A program made the position numbers and the translations under genes. Under the pieces are notes generated by a model, which did not search any database, was not told the origin of the DNA, and saw nothing but the letters and a program-made list of their open reading frames with translations. A DNA stretch of 64,000 bases from assembly GCF_009914755.1 (NCBI RefSeq), contig NC_060934.1; one strand, given 5' to 3'. This stretch comes from the human T2T-CHM13v2.0 reference genome, Homo sapiens. Positions within the stretch are counted from its first letter, which is position 1; each line of letters starts with the position of its first letter. This document shows positions 1 to 14,910 of this stretch, piece after piece.

Positions 1-488
1 GGCAGAATGTCAAAGAGGGAAACAAACAAAGGGTCCTAGAAGGAGGAGAAAGCTGCCAAAGTCTGGGGGTGAGGGGCGGTGTTAGGATGTTTGTGGGGAG
101 TGGTACTATGGCTGCATAAGGAATACTAGAGAAGTCCTGAGCAAAGGAGGTCCCCCTCCCCAACTAAGCTCATCACCTTCTTCCTCCTAAGGGAAATGGC
201 TCTTATTTCTAACCCCAAGGACCATGATGTTGGGGGGACAACATAGTCACCACTATCAAGGGGAACTGGATCATTTTCCAACAGTACCCCTGTGGAAAAA
301 GAGGAAACAGGCTAACTTTGACCGCCCACCTATATCTGACATCCATCAAGAATTTTGTAGCATCCCAAGACATTAAGCAGGAGGAAAAAGTTTGATGGTA
401 TGAAGGTGAAGTCATCTTCTGAAAGGAGCTGGGCTGGGTGAAAAAGGATAGTGGGTACAGTAGCCATGCTGGGCCTCTGTGTTTATGG

Positions 489-490
<2 letters not shown>

Positions 491-540
<50 letters not shown>
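491..540. repeat. (GT)25 microsatellite
   Basis: Perfect dinucleotide run. Confidence 0.98.
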
Positions 541-548
<8 letters not shown>

Positions 549-597
549 GGTGTGTGTAGCAAGACAGAGGGATGTATGTGTTTAAAAGTTGGCAATT

Positions 598-1240
<643 letters not shown>

Positions 1241-1449
1241 AGAAGAATAAGATGCTAAGAGAACTGTAATGTGCAAAGAAATGTACTAAGGAAGGGAGAT
1301 TTATCCCAGTGAAAGTCCTGGGTGAAAAACCCAGTGAGGATCACTGAAGTCAGGGCATGTACAATGAAGCTGTAGAAGAAGATGAGACTCAACCTCCAGC
1401 TTCGTATAAGTTGACCCTTCCAGTCAGAGGGGAGTGTTGAATTTTCAAT

Positions 1450-1620
1450 CAGGAGATCTTAGTTCTAATCTTAGCGCAGGCAAGGTTCTCAACCGTGGAG
1501 CCTCAGTTTCCTCATCTCCAAGATGGAAACCCTGGGTCACCAGCCCTAAGAACCCAACGGGGTTCTTGAGCATCTCAAGTGAAAACGTCAGTAAACCAAG
1601 TGAAAACTGAAAGACTGTAA
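1450..1620 (+). mobile_element. MIR fragment
   Basis: Core GCCTCAGTTTCCTCATCT. Confidence 0.6.
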
Positions 1621-4244
1621 ACATCTGTTATTACTGCACAAAAGGGATGAAGTAAGAGATACATGAATGTGTAAATGGAGGCCAGAAGTGGATTAAGGGC
1701 TTAGAATTGTGGGTGCAACTCAGCAACCGTGAATCATCAGGGGATCTGAAGCAACAGCAGTTTCCAGTACAAGGAACCCCTAAGATTTCGAGGAGATTTG
1801 GAGTCAGAGGGTTTTATACATGCCCAAGCAATTATGGCTTATTTTACAACCTTTTATAGAACAAAGGCGATTGAAACTCACTGAATATCCCAAAAAGGAT
1901 TGTGATTGATGCTGGAGCTACTAGAGGGCCATTTATTCACAATTCACAATAATTAGGAAGGCAAGATGTTTTGGGGTGCTGGCCAGGAACTGGGAGACAA
2001 GCAGGCCTAGGTAGAGGCACAATACGAAATCTTTTTTAAGGACATGTACGTAAAATTTGATAAACCATATAACGCCTCTTCTATCTTCCTGTACCCAAGA
2101 TTCTGCTCCTCGATTCTTACTGGCACATCAACTTGCTACTCTGGCTTTATTTGAGCTGACATGATTACAACACTGTTCTGAAAACAAAAAGGTGCTGCCT
2201 CTGCTCTAGCCCTCATACTTGAAGTATTTGTTTACGTCTGTTGTTTCTGAACTGCGAGTCCATCCAGGGCTGGGCCCAACCCTTATTCATCTTTATAGGT
2301 TTCCCAGGCCTGTCACACTATAAACACTCAACAGAAGATTTGCTGAATTAAATCCACTAGCCATACCACCTTGGATAAGCAACAACTTCTTATAAACTGA
2401 AGTTTTCTCATTGATTAAACAAAGGATGTGGGCAAGGTACCCTCCAGCTCCAACAAATGCAAAAACAACAGAATGTTCTGAAAACACAAAAGCACTGTCT
2501 GGAGACACATTGTAACTTTTATGCATTTCATGCAATAGAAAAATGTATAGAATTAAATCTGATTCATATGTCAATTTTTAAATAAACACTTATTTTTAGG
2601 TATTAGATCCATTCCTTTGTTAGGCAATGAAATATAAAAGCAGCCTAAGGTTTTACATATGGAAAAACTATACATGCCGGTTACCCTAAAATAACATTTA
2701 TTTGGATTAAAAAAAAATGTTAATTCTGACATTTCCTTTTAAACCGCCTCCCCTGACAGACTATATCTGGAATAACATTGACATAACAGAAACAAGTAAG
2801 TCTCTTTACAATGACTACAGTTTAACAAAGGCGCCTGTCTTTTTACCTTCCTTGTTTACTGAACAAAGGCAGCAAATGTAAGTACAGTTGCCCCAGCAGC
2901 TGGCAAGTTCTCTCCCATATGCGAAGAAGTTGTGGAACAGCTGGGGAATGCAAGATGCTTTTGAACAAGCTGCTATGTGATCCAAAATAACGCCGCCTGT
3001 TCATCTTCCGTACAATGGAAGCGACGGCCCAGCGCAGGTCTGGCGCATGCCCTGCAGCGGCTTCTTTCTTTCCAGATGGAGTGCAACAAGTGGCTACAAA
3101 TGGAGTGAAATGCACAAAAGCAGGGATCTTGCTCCTAACTCTTTACACGCCTCCAATTGGTTATGCACGCAGCTCATTTTCCAGTGTGGGAGAAGCTGCA
3201 TATCATATCCAGATGTAAAACCTACATAATGACAATCCCTCTCTGTCCTCCTGTCCATGCACTTTCTTGAAGATAATGTTCATGGTAACTACACATCGGG
3301 TGGTGTATAATGACATTATAACGTTTCTTTATGTTGCTTTAGTCCATATCAATTGTTTAAAAGAGCAAAACCCAAATCAAGAGGTATAAAATAGCAAAAA
3401 ATGATCAGATGTATTATAAGAAATTATATCCATTATATATACTATATACATATAGATACAATATACGATTTTATATTTCTTGCATGTATATACAATATAG
3501 AGTATATTTGCTCATTTGAAAAACTTTCAAGTTTTTTTAACATATGAAATAGCTATACTGGTTGCTCATTAATTGTTCAGTTTAACTGACCTATGCTTCA
3601 TGCTGTCATCTAAAAGTTAGTTTAGCAATTTTCAGATCATACATAGTTGACCATGTTTAAGGAAATATTTTTGAAATGTTATGTCTCAAACTCTCCTTCC
3701 TCTTCTATCAACTTGGTGGTTCACCTTTAAACAGACTATCAGAAAATACTACATTTTCCAAGGAAATGGTCCCTCTTCCCAGGATTAGGCCAGCACCATT
3801 TTCACAGAAGCAGATACATTTCTTTAGTGCCATTGATGGCTAGTGAATGAGAAAGGAGAATACATATTTCCTTTTCACCAGTTCATTTGGTTTGGGTTTT
3901 TGTTTTTTTTTTTTTAATTCCTACCATCTTGGCCATTAGAATACTGGGCTTTAAATTTAAGAGAAAGGGAAATGGCTGAAAGGCCCACCACAAAATTACA
4001 CAGTGGCAAAACCAGGAGAAAAGCTCTACAGTTCTGGAGCTCCTTGTAAACTCCTTGGGCGACTGGACCAAGTTTTCCATCACTACCAACCTTTCCCTAG
4101 CCCCAACTTGCTGAGAGAAGGAGGAATCACTAACTGTACTATATTGCCATATTCACTAAGAACAGTCAGTTCAGGGCAACTAAGAACTACTTTACCTCTC
4201 TGGATGAGGGGAGGAAGGGAAGGATTCTGTTCTTAAACATCATC

Positions 4245-4760
<516 letters not shown>

Positions 4761-5494
4761 ACTTTCCAGGCTTGCCCTCATCAGCGTGCCTGGCTGCCTC
4801 TACCTAGGACGTTCCAAGTCCCTGACTGTCACGCCAGAGTTGCAAACATCTTTCTTGAAGGCAATACATTTTAAGTACATTCAGGACAATGCCAAAGTCC
4901 TATTTTGTAAACTTGAGCTCAAATGTTGTATAAAAGTTGTGGATACAACCATATCCTTGGATCCCTCAAAGAAATTCTGAGGTTTTAACTTATCAGTCAG
5001 TAAGGTGGGCCATTATTTCCAAAGCATACTTCACTCAATTTTAAACGCACATTCAGCACAGTGGCAAAGTCACACACAGCTTAAACAAGGTGGGAACTGC
5101 AGCTCCTTGCAAAAGAAAAGGCAAACAGAGCTCCGTGCTGTGTAGAATTCCTGACTCCAGGCCCACCTGCCTGATGAAACACTGCAAAAAGCAAAGGACA
5201 GCTATTTCCACCTCTCTTTGGAACTGTCATAATTCTAAAGGTTTGGGGAGGAAACCTTAGTTCTCTTCATATACATTAAGTTTTAAATATGAGTTGGTTT
5301 AGCTATGGCACTGGCATTAACACAAGCCAGAGATAGGTGGAAAGTCCATCAAGCCCTATAGCCTAGCATAATCAAACCTGAACCCCGGGGTACAGCACAC
5401 ACCCAGCAGTCCATAAAGCGCTCTTCAGTAACCGACTTTGTCAAAAATAAAAAAATAACCTGGAAGAATAAACAGTCCTCTTTGGAACAGGGCA

Positions 5495-5620
5495 GACTCT
5501 TGGATCTGTTAACCTCTTTAAGCCTCAGTTTCCTCATCTGTGAAACAGAAATAACCTCCTGGGAAGAGGTTGTAAGGTTTAAAGAGAAAATGAAGAGCCT
5601 TCCACATTGTGTAGGGGAGA
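5495..5620 (+). mobile_element. MIR fragment
   Basis: AGCCTCAGTTTCCTCATCTGTGAAA...GTTGTAAGG. Confidence 0.75.
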
Positions 5621-6794
5621 GTCCCTGGTCCATTAGCCCTTCATAAAAACCAGTGCCTGCCCTTTCCTTCCAACAGAAGAAGGGGGTGGAGGCAGATAAG
5701 ACAAGACACGAAAACGTGAATTCCATCGATTGACTGCGAGGGGCTAGGGTTCACAGCAAGCAGAACGTCCTGGGTTTCTCTTCAATACCACCTCCTCCTC
5801 TCCTGTTCAGATGCTGAGAAACATCTGGCGCAGTAGAGATGCTGCCTCTGACATTTCTATGACAAAACGCGTGCCTGTGCTAGGGTTTGCACAGGCACAA
5901 GTTATCACAACCTCGGGATGGGGCTGGGGATGGCGGACAGGAGCTCCTTTAATTTCCCCAGCTGGCCTCTCCCCTTGTGAGGAACTTCTCATTGCAATAA
6001 ACTGTCAGACTTCACAAGATCTCTCATGCCAACGCCTGAAGCTCTTAATCCCGCACCTGACCCAGATTGCGGCCTGGACTGGAGCCTCCCCGCCGCTCAC
6101 TCACTGTAATGCAATTACCGCCTTCTGGAGCTCCACTCGGGGTGCCAGGGACTGCTGGCTGTCACCCGGGGACTAAACCACTCCCTTCGGGGAGCCCGCA
6201 CGCGCGCAGAAACGTGGGCAGCTGGGGTGGCCTGGCGCACCACGCATCGGGTTCAAACCCGCGCGGGCCCTGCGGAGGCGCCGGTCTGGGACCCCGGGCT
6301 GGGGCGCGGGAGCCACCGCAGCTCCGGCCACTTGCGGCTGGTGTCGGGAAAGGAACCGGGCGATGTCGTAGTTCTGATCACTGGCGCGCCACTCCCCGGG
6401 CCACCCGCCTCCCCGCCATGCTCTCAGCGTAACGGGCAGCCGCGCTAACTTCCCGAAACTCCGCGGAGAGAAACCCTGCCCCGGCCCGCTCCTCCCCGAG
6501 GCGCGCTCCGGGGACGGAAGTGGGTGGGAGCCGCGGCCGCGCCGCGCCTTTGTTACGGCTCGGGGACCCCGCGGGCCGAGCGCAGCGCCCCGTCGCAGCG
6601 GCCCGGGCACCCGCCGGCCTCCACCCCCGGGAGGCGCCCCCGTTCCCGCTTCGGTCCCCGGCAGGGCCTCCCGCAGCCAGAGCGAGACTGACCCGCGCCT
6701 CCCGCCCCGGAGCAGAGCGCAGCGGCGCGTCCTGGCGTCTGCCGGCCCCGGCTCCGCGCGCCCCTCGGCCACCGCGCGGAGGGACTTTGCTCAC

Positions 6795-6870
6795 CTACCC
6801 GGCTCTTCCACACCTCCCGGTGGCAGGATCGCCGCTTCCCGCCGACAGCGGCTCGGCGGCCCCGACTTCT
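6795..6870 (-). other. SVIL: Non-coding first exon with donor TAG|GTGAG (intron starts at 6794)
   Basis: Donor seen directly. The 5' end is estimated from the Sp1/KLF box at 6885-6896. Confidence 0.7.
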
Positions 6871-6884
6871 CAGCAGCGCCGCGG

Positions 6885-6896
6885 CCACGCCCCGCC
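6885..6896 (-). promoter_or_regulatory. Sp1/KLF GC box (GGCGGGGCGTGG)
   Basis: Consensus match just upstream of the first exon. Confidence 0.7.
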
Positions 6897-7005
6897 TCGT
6901 TCCCACCGCGCGGGGAGCGGGTCCCCGCTCGGGATGATTCACTTCGCTCCTTACCTGGAGGCTCGCGCGTCCCCACCCCTTGCGACCCGCGCGGCGGCCG
7001 GGAGC

Positions 7006-7024
7006 TGGCGCCCTCTGCTGGGCC
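7006..7024 (-). promoter_or_regulatory. CTCF motif (CCAGCAGAGGGCGCCA)
   Basis: Near-perfect match to the CTCF core CCASYAGRKGGCRC at 7008-7021. Confidence 0.65.
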
Positions 7025-8373
7025 ACCAGGCGGGAGCACCCTCGGACTGGGCAAGGATCGGGCGGAGAGGGTGGGGACACAGAGGGGGGCCAAGCACAAG
7101 CACCCCTGCCTCTCTCAACGCGGGCACCCCTTCCCAAAACAGGGGCCAGTGCGCGGGGACCACGCTGGGACGACTCTCGGGGGAAGCACCAGAGCTGTCC
7201 CCACGCCCCAGGACACGAACTCGCGCCCGGAGCCGACCCCCTCCACGGCCAGCGGGTCCAGCCGCGTCCTCGGAGGTGGCCCAAGGAAACCGCGATGAAT
7301 CGGCATAAGCACGTCCTATCTTAAAACACCGGAAAGGCAGATTTTACTTTGTTTGGAAACTAAGTTTGTGTCCTGTGTCTCAGTAGCTCTCAGGGTGGTG
7401 GCAGTCACGCCCCCCCGGTCCCAGGGCTGGGAAGATGCTTGGGCTAGCCCCCGCTGCAGCCCCGGAGATGCGGGGCTTTAGGATCCCAGGGGCTGGAGGC
7501 CAGGGCCGCCCTATCGCTCTCCCGGCCGGGGGTGTGGCTGTCCAACTCGCTCTGTCGCCCGAGTGAACTCTTCCAGCAGGTTGGCCTCTCAGGCTGTCCC
7601 CTGAGGACCTGAGCGAAACTCTGGAGGGGACCAGGAAGAAGGGAGAGAGGACATCTCCGAGACCTTCCCGGGGGTGCGCCCACACTCACGCGCCCACACT
7701 CGCGTCCCCACCTTCCCCCCCGTCTCACCTCCGCGCGCTCCTGCAGAGCCCGACTGCGCCCGCCCTCCTCGCCCACCTGCCGGGCCCGGGCCGGGGGTGC
7801 ACACTAGCGCGGGGCCTTGGTGGTGCGGCACCGTCCCCTGCCCAAGCTGGCTCTCGAGGAGGTGTGGGCCCCGGGAAAGTCGGCCAGGGCCACTGTCGCC
7901 GTCGCCGCCGGAGCAGAGCCAGTGGCGAGCTCGTCAGGGCGGACCGGGCGCCTCCGTCCCCGAGAGCCGGCGCGCGAGTCCCGGCCAGCGGGCAGGCGCC
8001 CGGTATTAATTGTAGGGCCCCCGGGTGTCGGCCGCCAGGCGCTCTGAGTGGCTCGGACCGCGCGCCAGGCCGGCGGGGCCGGCGCCACCCACCCCCTCGG
8101 CGCGCGCCCGGCCCAGGGACGCGCCCACGCGCACGCGCCCAGCGGCTCAGGGCTCCCTGGCTCTCACCGGCTCTGCTGCCCGGAGGCAGCCGCTTACCCT
8201 GGAGCCCTGAGAGGCCCCTTTGAGTCTCCAGACCTTCCAGGGATAAATAAAATCTGGCGACCTGTGCCAACGCTGTGGGCCAGTTGCAAAGGAGACCGTC
8301 CTTGCTGGCCACGCGCACCTGTGAAAAAGTCGCGGGACCCCCCAATCCCCTCCACCTGGACCGAACCCTGCCT

Positions 8374-8550
8374 CGGTGGTTCTCGCACTTTAGCTACACC
8401 AGAGTCCTCCAACGTTTGTGAAAACACCATGACTGCCCCTCTTCGTGCCCCCTCCAGTGTCTGATTCTGTAAGACTTCTGTGGGGCCCGAGAATTTGCAC
8501 TTCGAACAGATTCCCAGGTGATGCTGAGGCAGCCGCGAAGATTGAGAGTT
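8374..8550. mobile_element. MER5A-like hAT-Charlie DNA transposon
   Basis: GGTGGTTCTC...GGGGCCCGAGAATTTGCA...TTCCCAGGTGATGCTGA. Confidence 0.7.
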
Positions 8551-8729
8551 AGGGCTTGTAAAAGTGCTTGGTAAACGGCAGAACAGTAGATAAGTAGATA
8601 AATTTCAACCTGTTAAGTATGTTACTTGTCTGTTTCAGTAGGTAGAGGTAGTTGTGCTCCTCTGAGTGTTAGACTACTTTATGTTTCCTCCTGAATATGC
8701 ACCATCAGACAAAAAAGAAAAGCGAGTGT

Positions 8730-9146
8730 TTTTGTTTGCTCTAAAAGACCACAGATTGGGTGGCCTAAGCAACAGAAATTGATTTTCTCACAGTCTTGGA
8801 GTCTGGAAGACTGTTCTGGAGATCAAGATGTGGTCAGGGTTGGTTTCTTCTGAGGCCAGTCTCCTAGGCTTGTAAATGGCTTTTTGTGGCGTCTTCACAA
8901 GGCCTTCCCTCTGTGTCTGTGTCTTAATCTTTTCTCCTAAAGACACTATATGACTTCATTTTAACTTAATCACCCCTTTAAAGACCCTGTCTCCAATTGC
9001 ATGCCTTTTTTTTTTCTGAGACAGAGTCTTGCTCTGTCACCAAGATGTGTGTCACCTACATCACATTTTTAAGTAGTGAGGGTTAGGACCTCAACATATG
9101 AATTGGGATTGGGGGAGCGGGGAGGGTGCACAATTCAGTCCATAAC
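8730..9146 (-). mobile_element. MLT1A-like MaLR LTR with a short Alu 3' fragment at about 9006-9045
   Basis: ACAGAAATT...TTCTCACAGT...AGGGTTGGTTTCTTCTGAGGCC...ACAATTCAGTCCATAAC. Confidence 0.8.
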
Positions 9147-9194
9147 TGTGAGCTCCATTGCTCCTAAGATGCTAGAATAAAAATTGGACTTCAG

Positions 9195-9532
<338 letters not shown>

Positions 9533-10095
9533 CTACTCCATCTCATGCCCTCCACGACAAGCTGACCTGTGGACTCACACATTGTCAAGTGCTGTGAAGG
9601 GAAGCTGGGAGGATTGAAAATGCAGTAAGGAAACAGCCCTCTCAACTCGATTTGTGGTCACAGCAGTAGCAGCGACACTCCAGTGTGGAAAAGAATATAG
9701 GGGATCTATCAGGAATTTGAGACCCTTTACCAGCAAACATTTCAGAACCGGCCTCTTAGCCTTTGTTAGCGATTCAATCCAGAGTCACCCTTGCCCAGTC
9801 TGCCCTCTGCCTACTCCCCATGTCATTGTCATCCCCCATGGGCTCCATAATTAGAGACTGTGGTGAATAAATATGCCTAAGACGCCTCATTCCGCCTGCC
9901 ATCTATGGGAGCTCTGACACATTTACAGCTGGGGTAGACAGGAAGGATGTGAGGATGAGGACTTCGATGCTGACCCCACACTACCTAGAGACATCTGAAA
10001 AAAGTCATCTTCCACAAATTGGTCATTGCCCCAAATTAAGCGCACTTACTGATCCTACTTTGTAACTTTTCTTTGTGGCTTCATCCAACCCTTGA

Positions 10096-10248
<153 letters not shown>

Positions 10249-10289
10249 TGACTTCTTAACACCAAGCCAGGCCCTCCCCAAGCTCCAGA

Positions 10290-11180
10290 TCCAGTGGCTG
10301 CTGGATCACCACAGACACTCCAAGCACAGTAATGTGTGGCCATAATTGAACTCTTCCCCACACTTTGTTTTCCCTGTATTACCCATCTGAGTGGATGGCA
10401 CCAGCTCCACCATAGTCGTGCCTGCTAGAAACCCGGGCATCATCTGAGAGAAGACCCTCTGCCACACCCTTTACACCTCACCAGCTTCAATTGGTTTCAT
10501 ACAGCGTCCCTGATGCCTCCCAGAGGCCTCCTTCTTTCCCACTCCCACCACTATTGCCTCAGTCCAGGCCCTTCTACTATTTCCCCTCTGGCTTTTGACG
10601 CCAGCCTCCTGATCCCTGCTCCAGCCTGGCTTCTGAGCCAGCATCCCCCACACCATATCTTCAGTGATCTTTCAAAAACAGAAACCTGATGACCCTGCAG
10701 GCCTTCTTAAACTCTCTCAATGGATTCCCTGGATGTTCCAGGAGAAATACGCAAGCTCCGTGGCCCATCTCTGGCTATGGCCTCATCTGCACCCTTCACT
10801 CCAACCATAGGGACCACTTGTGCCCAATGCCCTGCATATTCAAGAGGTTCCATGCTCTCTGAACACACTTGCTTGGTCTAGAGAGAAGGTGTCACCTCCT
10901 TTCCAGCCTCCTCCAGGAGTCACCAACTTCAAGAAGCCTGCCTGCTTCTTTCTGAACTAAGGACCCCCTTCTGCTCCCACAGCACCCAATTAAGTTGCAG
11001 TCATAGCCATCAAATGTTGGACTGTAATCACCAGGTCACTTCTCTGTGTCCTTCATTAACCTGTGAGTTGGGGGAGGGCAAAGGTCTTACCCATTTTTGC
11101 AAGTTTGAAGTCTAGATTAAACTTGATGCTCCAAAAAAATTATGTGTGTGTGTGTGTTTGCTTTAATGAATGAATGAATT
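10290..11180 (+). mobile_element. L2 LINE 3' region
   Basis: Diverged L2 motifs (CAGTGATCTTTCAAAAACA, CTGTGAG...AGGGCA) ending in TGAATGAATGAA. Confidence 0.65.
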
Positions 11181-11502
11181 CTTAGAAAGTCAGAGGATTT
11201 GTTCAAACATAGCTTTTGTTGCAAATACCTTATTTGGGGCAATCCTCACTTCCTTGATAATACTTGTGAACATTCTCCCTTAAGTCACCTCCTAGTGAAA
11301 ATATAGTTTCATCTTTTAGAATCCCTAATTAGCTTCTATGCCTTCTAAATATTCTGGGTTCCTTACACAGAGCTTTTCAAACTGTGGGTCCTGGAATCAA
11401 TTTTGTGGATAAAGACCAGCTTTATTATTATTACTTTTTGATAAAACAGAAGTAGAAGTAAAAACACGAAAGTACATCCTACATAGTAAGAAAAAGCATT
11501 GA

Positions 11503-11612
11503 ACCCAGGTATGGTGGCTCACGCCTGTAGCCTTAGCTACTGAGGCCAAGGCGAGAGACCGGGAGTTAGAAACCAGCCTGGGCAACATAGCGAGACCCTG
11601 GCTCCAAAAAAA
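11503..11612 (+). mobile_element. FLAM/Alu monomer
   Basis: Diverged single monomer with A tail. Confidence 0.75.
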
Positions 11613-13070
11613 AGGAAGTATTGTTTTCATGAAATCTTTTGTTTCAGTTCACTGTATTTATGAGTTGTATGTATTTATTGTATTTATGTGTGTGCAGGGT
11701 TGTTGTGTTGTCAAATGTATTCCTCCCTGTGGGTCACAGTTAAAAAGCTGAAGTGACAACTGCCTGAGGCAGTGCTGGAGCTGTGCTCACCAGAGAGCCC
11801 AGATTTATGGAGCTCTTGGAGAGGGGTACAGTTAAGCAAAGCTTGGAGAGTGAAACACAGTGCTCCCTCTGCAAACAGTAGGTGCTCTGTAAAGGCTTGT
11901 ATGGCCTGGAGGTGGGTAAAAATGTACAAGTTGGGTGTGGGAAGTCCCCTTGGCTGGAGTCTATTGGGGAGTAGGCAGAAATGATGCTAGTGACACAGAG
12001 AAGGGAAGAGAGACTGGTTTGCTGCTAGATGCAGCCGTTGTTCTCCAAGGTTCCCAAACAAAGGCAAGAGGTACAGGGACGTGGGATTTCCTAATCCAGT
12101 TTTCAGCACGAATCTTCCAAGATTAAAAGTCTGTTATGAAGCTAACCTTCACTGAAATAAAAGTACTGCTTTCTCTGTGTTAAGAGTCGGAGATCTAAGA
12201 AGCCCAGGGCGGCCTGCAGCACTCAAAACAATGTGTTCTGTTAACCAGCAGAGCTTTCTAATCTCTGATAGTCCGCTAGTCTGGAAGGCCTATTGAGAGG
12301 GGCAGAGATGAGATAGGGTTATATAACAAAGAAAAATAACAAGCAGTCCTTAGAAAACTATAACCTTGATAGTTATGCCAAGTATTTCCATCCATATTAA
12401 AAGCCTTTAACCAAGGAACCTAGATCCAGCCCACAAATATTTAGAAGGGAAGGTTCTCACTCCCTAGTCTAAAGTTTAGAATCTGTAAAAGAAGGTTGCC
12501 ATGTAAATAAAGAATACATATTATTGCTCCTCATTTGTTGTTGTTGCTTTAGTTATTCTGGTCTGGGCAGATTAGAAAAATTGAAACTTGGGCCAGGGGA
12601 ATGTGGACTTAAAAAAAAATTTTTTTTTTTAAAGGGAGACAAATAGCGTGGGCCAGAGACAGCCAAAATTATAATAAAAAAAAATTCTGGAAGACAGCTT
12701 CTCTATTCTCCTACTTTTAAAAAGAAATACACTTAGCCATGAATATTATTATGGAATTATATTTTGAATTTGGAAGATGGACAAAATCTGAAAGAAATCA
12801 GACTGTGACAAGCATGAATTTTAACAAAACTTTAAAATGGGTTCCAGATTATTCAACTTCTTTAGTTTTCGGGATGGGAAATAAACAGGATGCTTTGGCA
12901 AAAAAAAAAAAGTGGTTTTGAAAAATTTCTGGAGGCTGAAATATTCTTATTCTTTGATATTATTTCTAATATCAGCCATGTTTCAGCCATTGAAACTAAA
13001 CTAGATGGGTGTCAGTTGAATTTCTTTTTCTAAATACAGAGAAGACTTTTTAACTATTACTATACTTTAA

Positions 13071-13499
13071 ATATAGTTTGACCACACCAAAACTCCTGCT
13101 GAAATTTGATCTCCAATGTGGCAGTGTTGAGAGGGAGATCCTAGTGGGAGATGTCTGGATGATGGGGGCAGATCCCTCATGAATAATAGACTCCCATAAG
13201 TTTGAGTTCTCACTCTCACTGGAATGCATTCATTCCCAAGAGAGCTGGTTGTTAAAAAAGAGTCCAGCTTCCTTGGTTTCTCTCTGTTGCTTCTTCTCTC
13301 ACCATGTCATCTTTTTGCACACATCCACTCCTCTTCTACTTTCTGCCAGGTGTGGAAGCAGCCCAAAACCCTCACCAGATGCAGCTGCATAATCTTGGAC
13401 TTGACAGCCATCAAAATCATGGGCCAAGTAAACCTCTTTTCTTTATAAATTAGCCAGTCTAAGGTATTCTGTTAAACTAACACAAAATGGACTAAAACA
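13071..13499 (+). mobile_element. MST-family MaLR solo LTR
   Basis: GGGGGCAGATCCCTCATGAAT...TAAACCTCTTTTCTTTATAAATTA...TGGACTAAAACA. Confidence 0.85.
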
Positions 13500-13506
13500 G
13501 CTATAT

Positions 13507-13834
<328 letters not shown>

Positions 13835-14319
13835 TGATTTCTAATTGTATAATTAATAAACGCTTCTTTAATATCTTAAAAATTCACAAGAGTTTGGGTA
13901 GTAAGAGGAATACATAAACAAAGGTTTTAATTAAAATTAACAGTATAGGTGGGGCAGAACTAATTTAGCAGGAGTTGCTCCTCCTTTTCAAAGCAGCTGT
14001 CATAGCTAGAGGTCATGTAGTTATTTCTTTATGCTGCTGCCTCTTCGGGCACTATCAACTATCTTTTGGCTATTAAAATTAATGGCAAACCTTTGTCCTC
14101 TGAGGGAAATGACTGAATGTGGATCAGAGTCAGCTACATTGGGGAACAATGCCATCTTTGGCCAAAGGGGTTGTAAAAAGCATACCACAAGTCACAGAAG
14201 GCTCTTTTAGGCCCTCATGGTAAGAGATGGCCAAAAATCCATGAAAAGGGATTTATCAGCTTAACCCAACAATACGTAGCATTCATTAGGATGCGACATC
14301 TCCCTGCACCAGTACATTG

Positions 14320-14677
<358 letters not shown>

Positions 14678-14719
14678 TAGTTGAGCACCGTAGTTTATCT
14701 GCTTCTCCATCCTCCAAGG

Positions 14720-14910
14720 GTTACAGAGCCAGCCAGCTTGGGTTCAAAGCTGTGTCACTTTGGGCCAGTTATTTAATCTATAATATCTATTGATCAGTTA
14801 CAAACTGGGGATTATAATAGTACCCCGTTCTAAGGACAGCTGTGAAGAACTTCCGATAATATCTTAAACATAGCAAGTGGTTAATAAATACTGACTTTTC
14901 TTAGTTATTG
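14720..14910 (+). mobile_element. MIR
   Basis: GGGTTCAAA...TGTGTCACTTTGGGCCAGTTATTTAA...ATAATAGTACC. Confidence 0.6.

Larger units (their letters stand above)
6100..8400. promoter_or_regulatory. CpG island promoter
   Basis: About 2.3 kb of very GC-rich, CpG-dense, repeat-free sequence with several GC boxes, against a CpG-depleted background. Confidence 0.95.

Noticed and set aside
6067-8464. Many overlapping long ORFs (up to 262 aa) on both strands
   Set aside because: Stop codons are scarce in GC-rich DNA; the peptides are low-complexity R/G/P/A with no recognisable domain.
12609-12633. A9/T11 mini-palindrome
   Set aside because: Common homopolymer juxtaposition with no other support.
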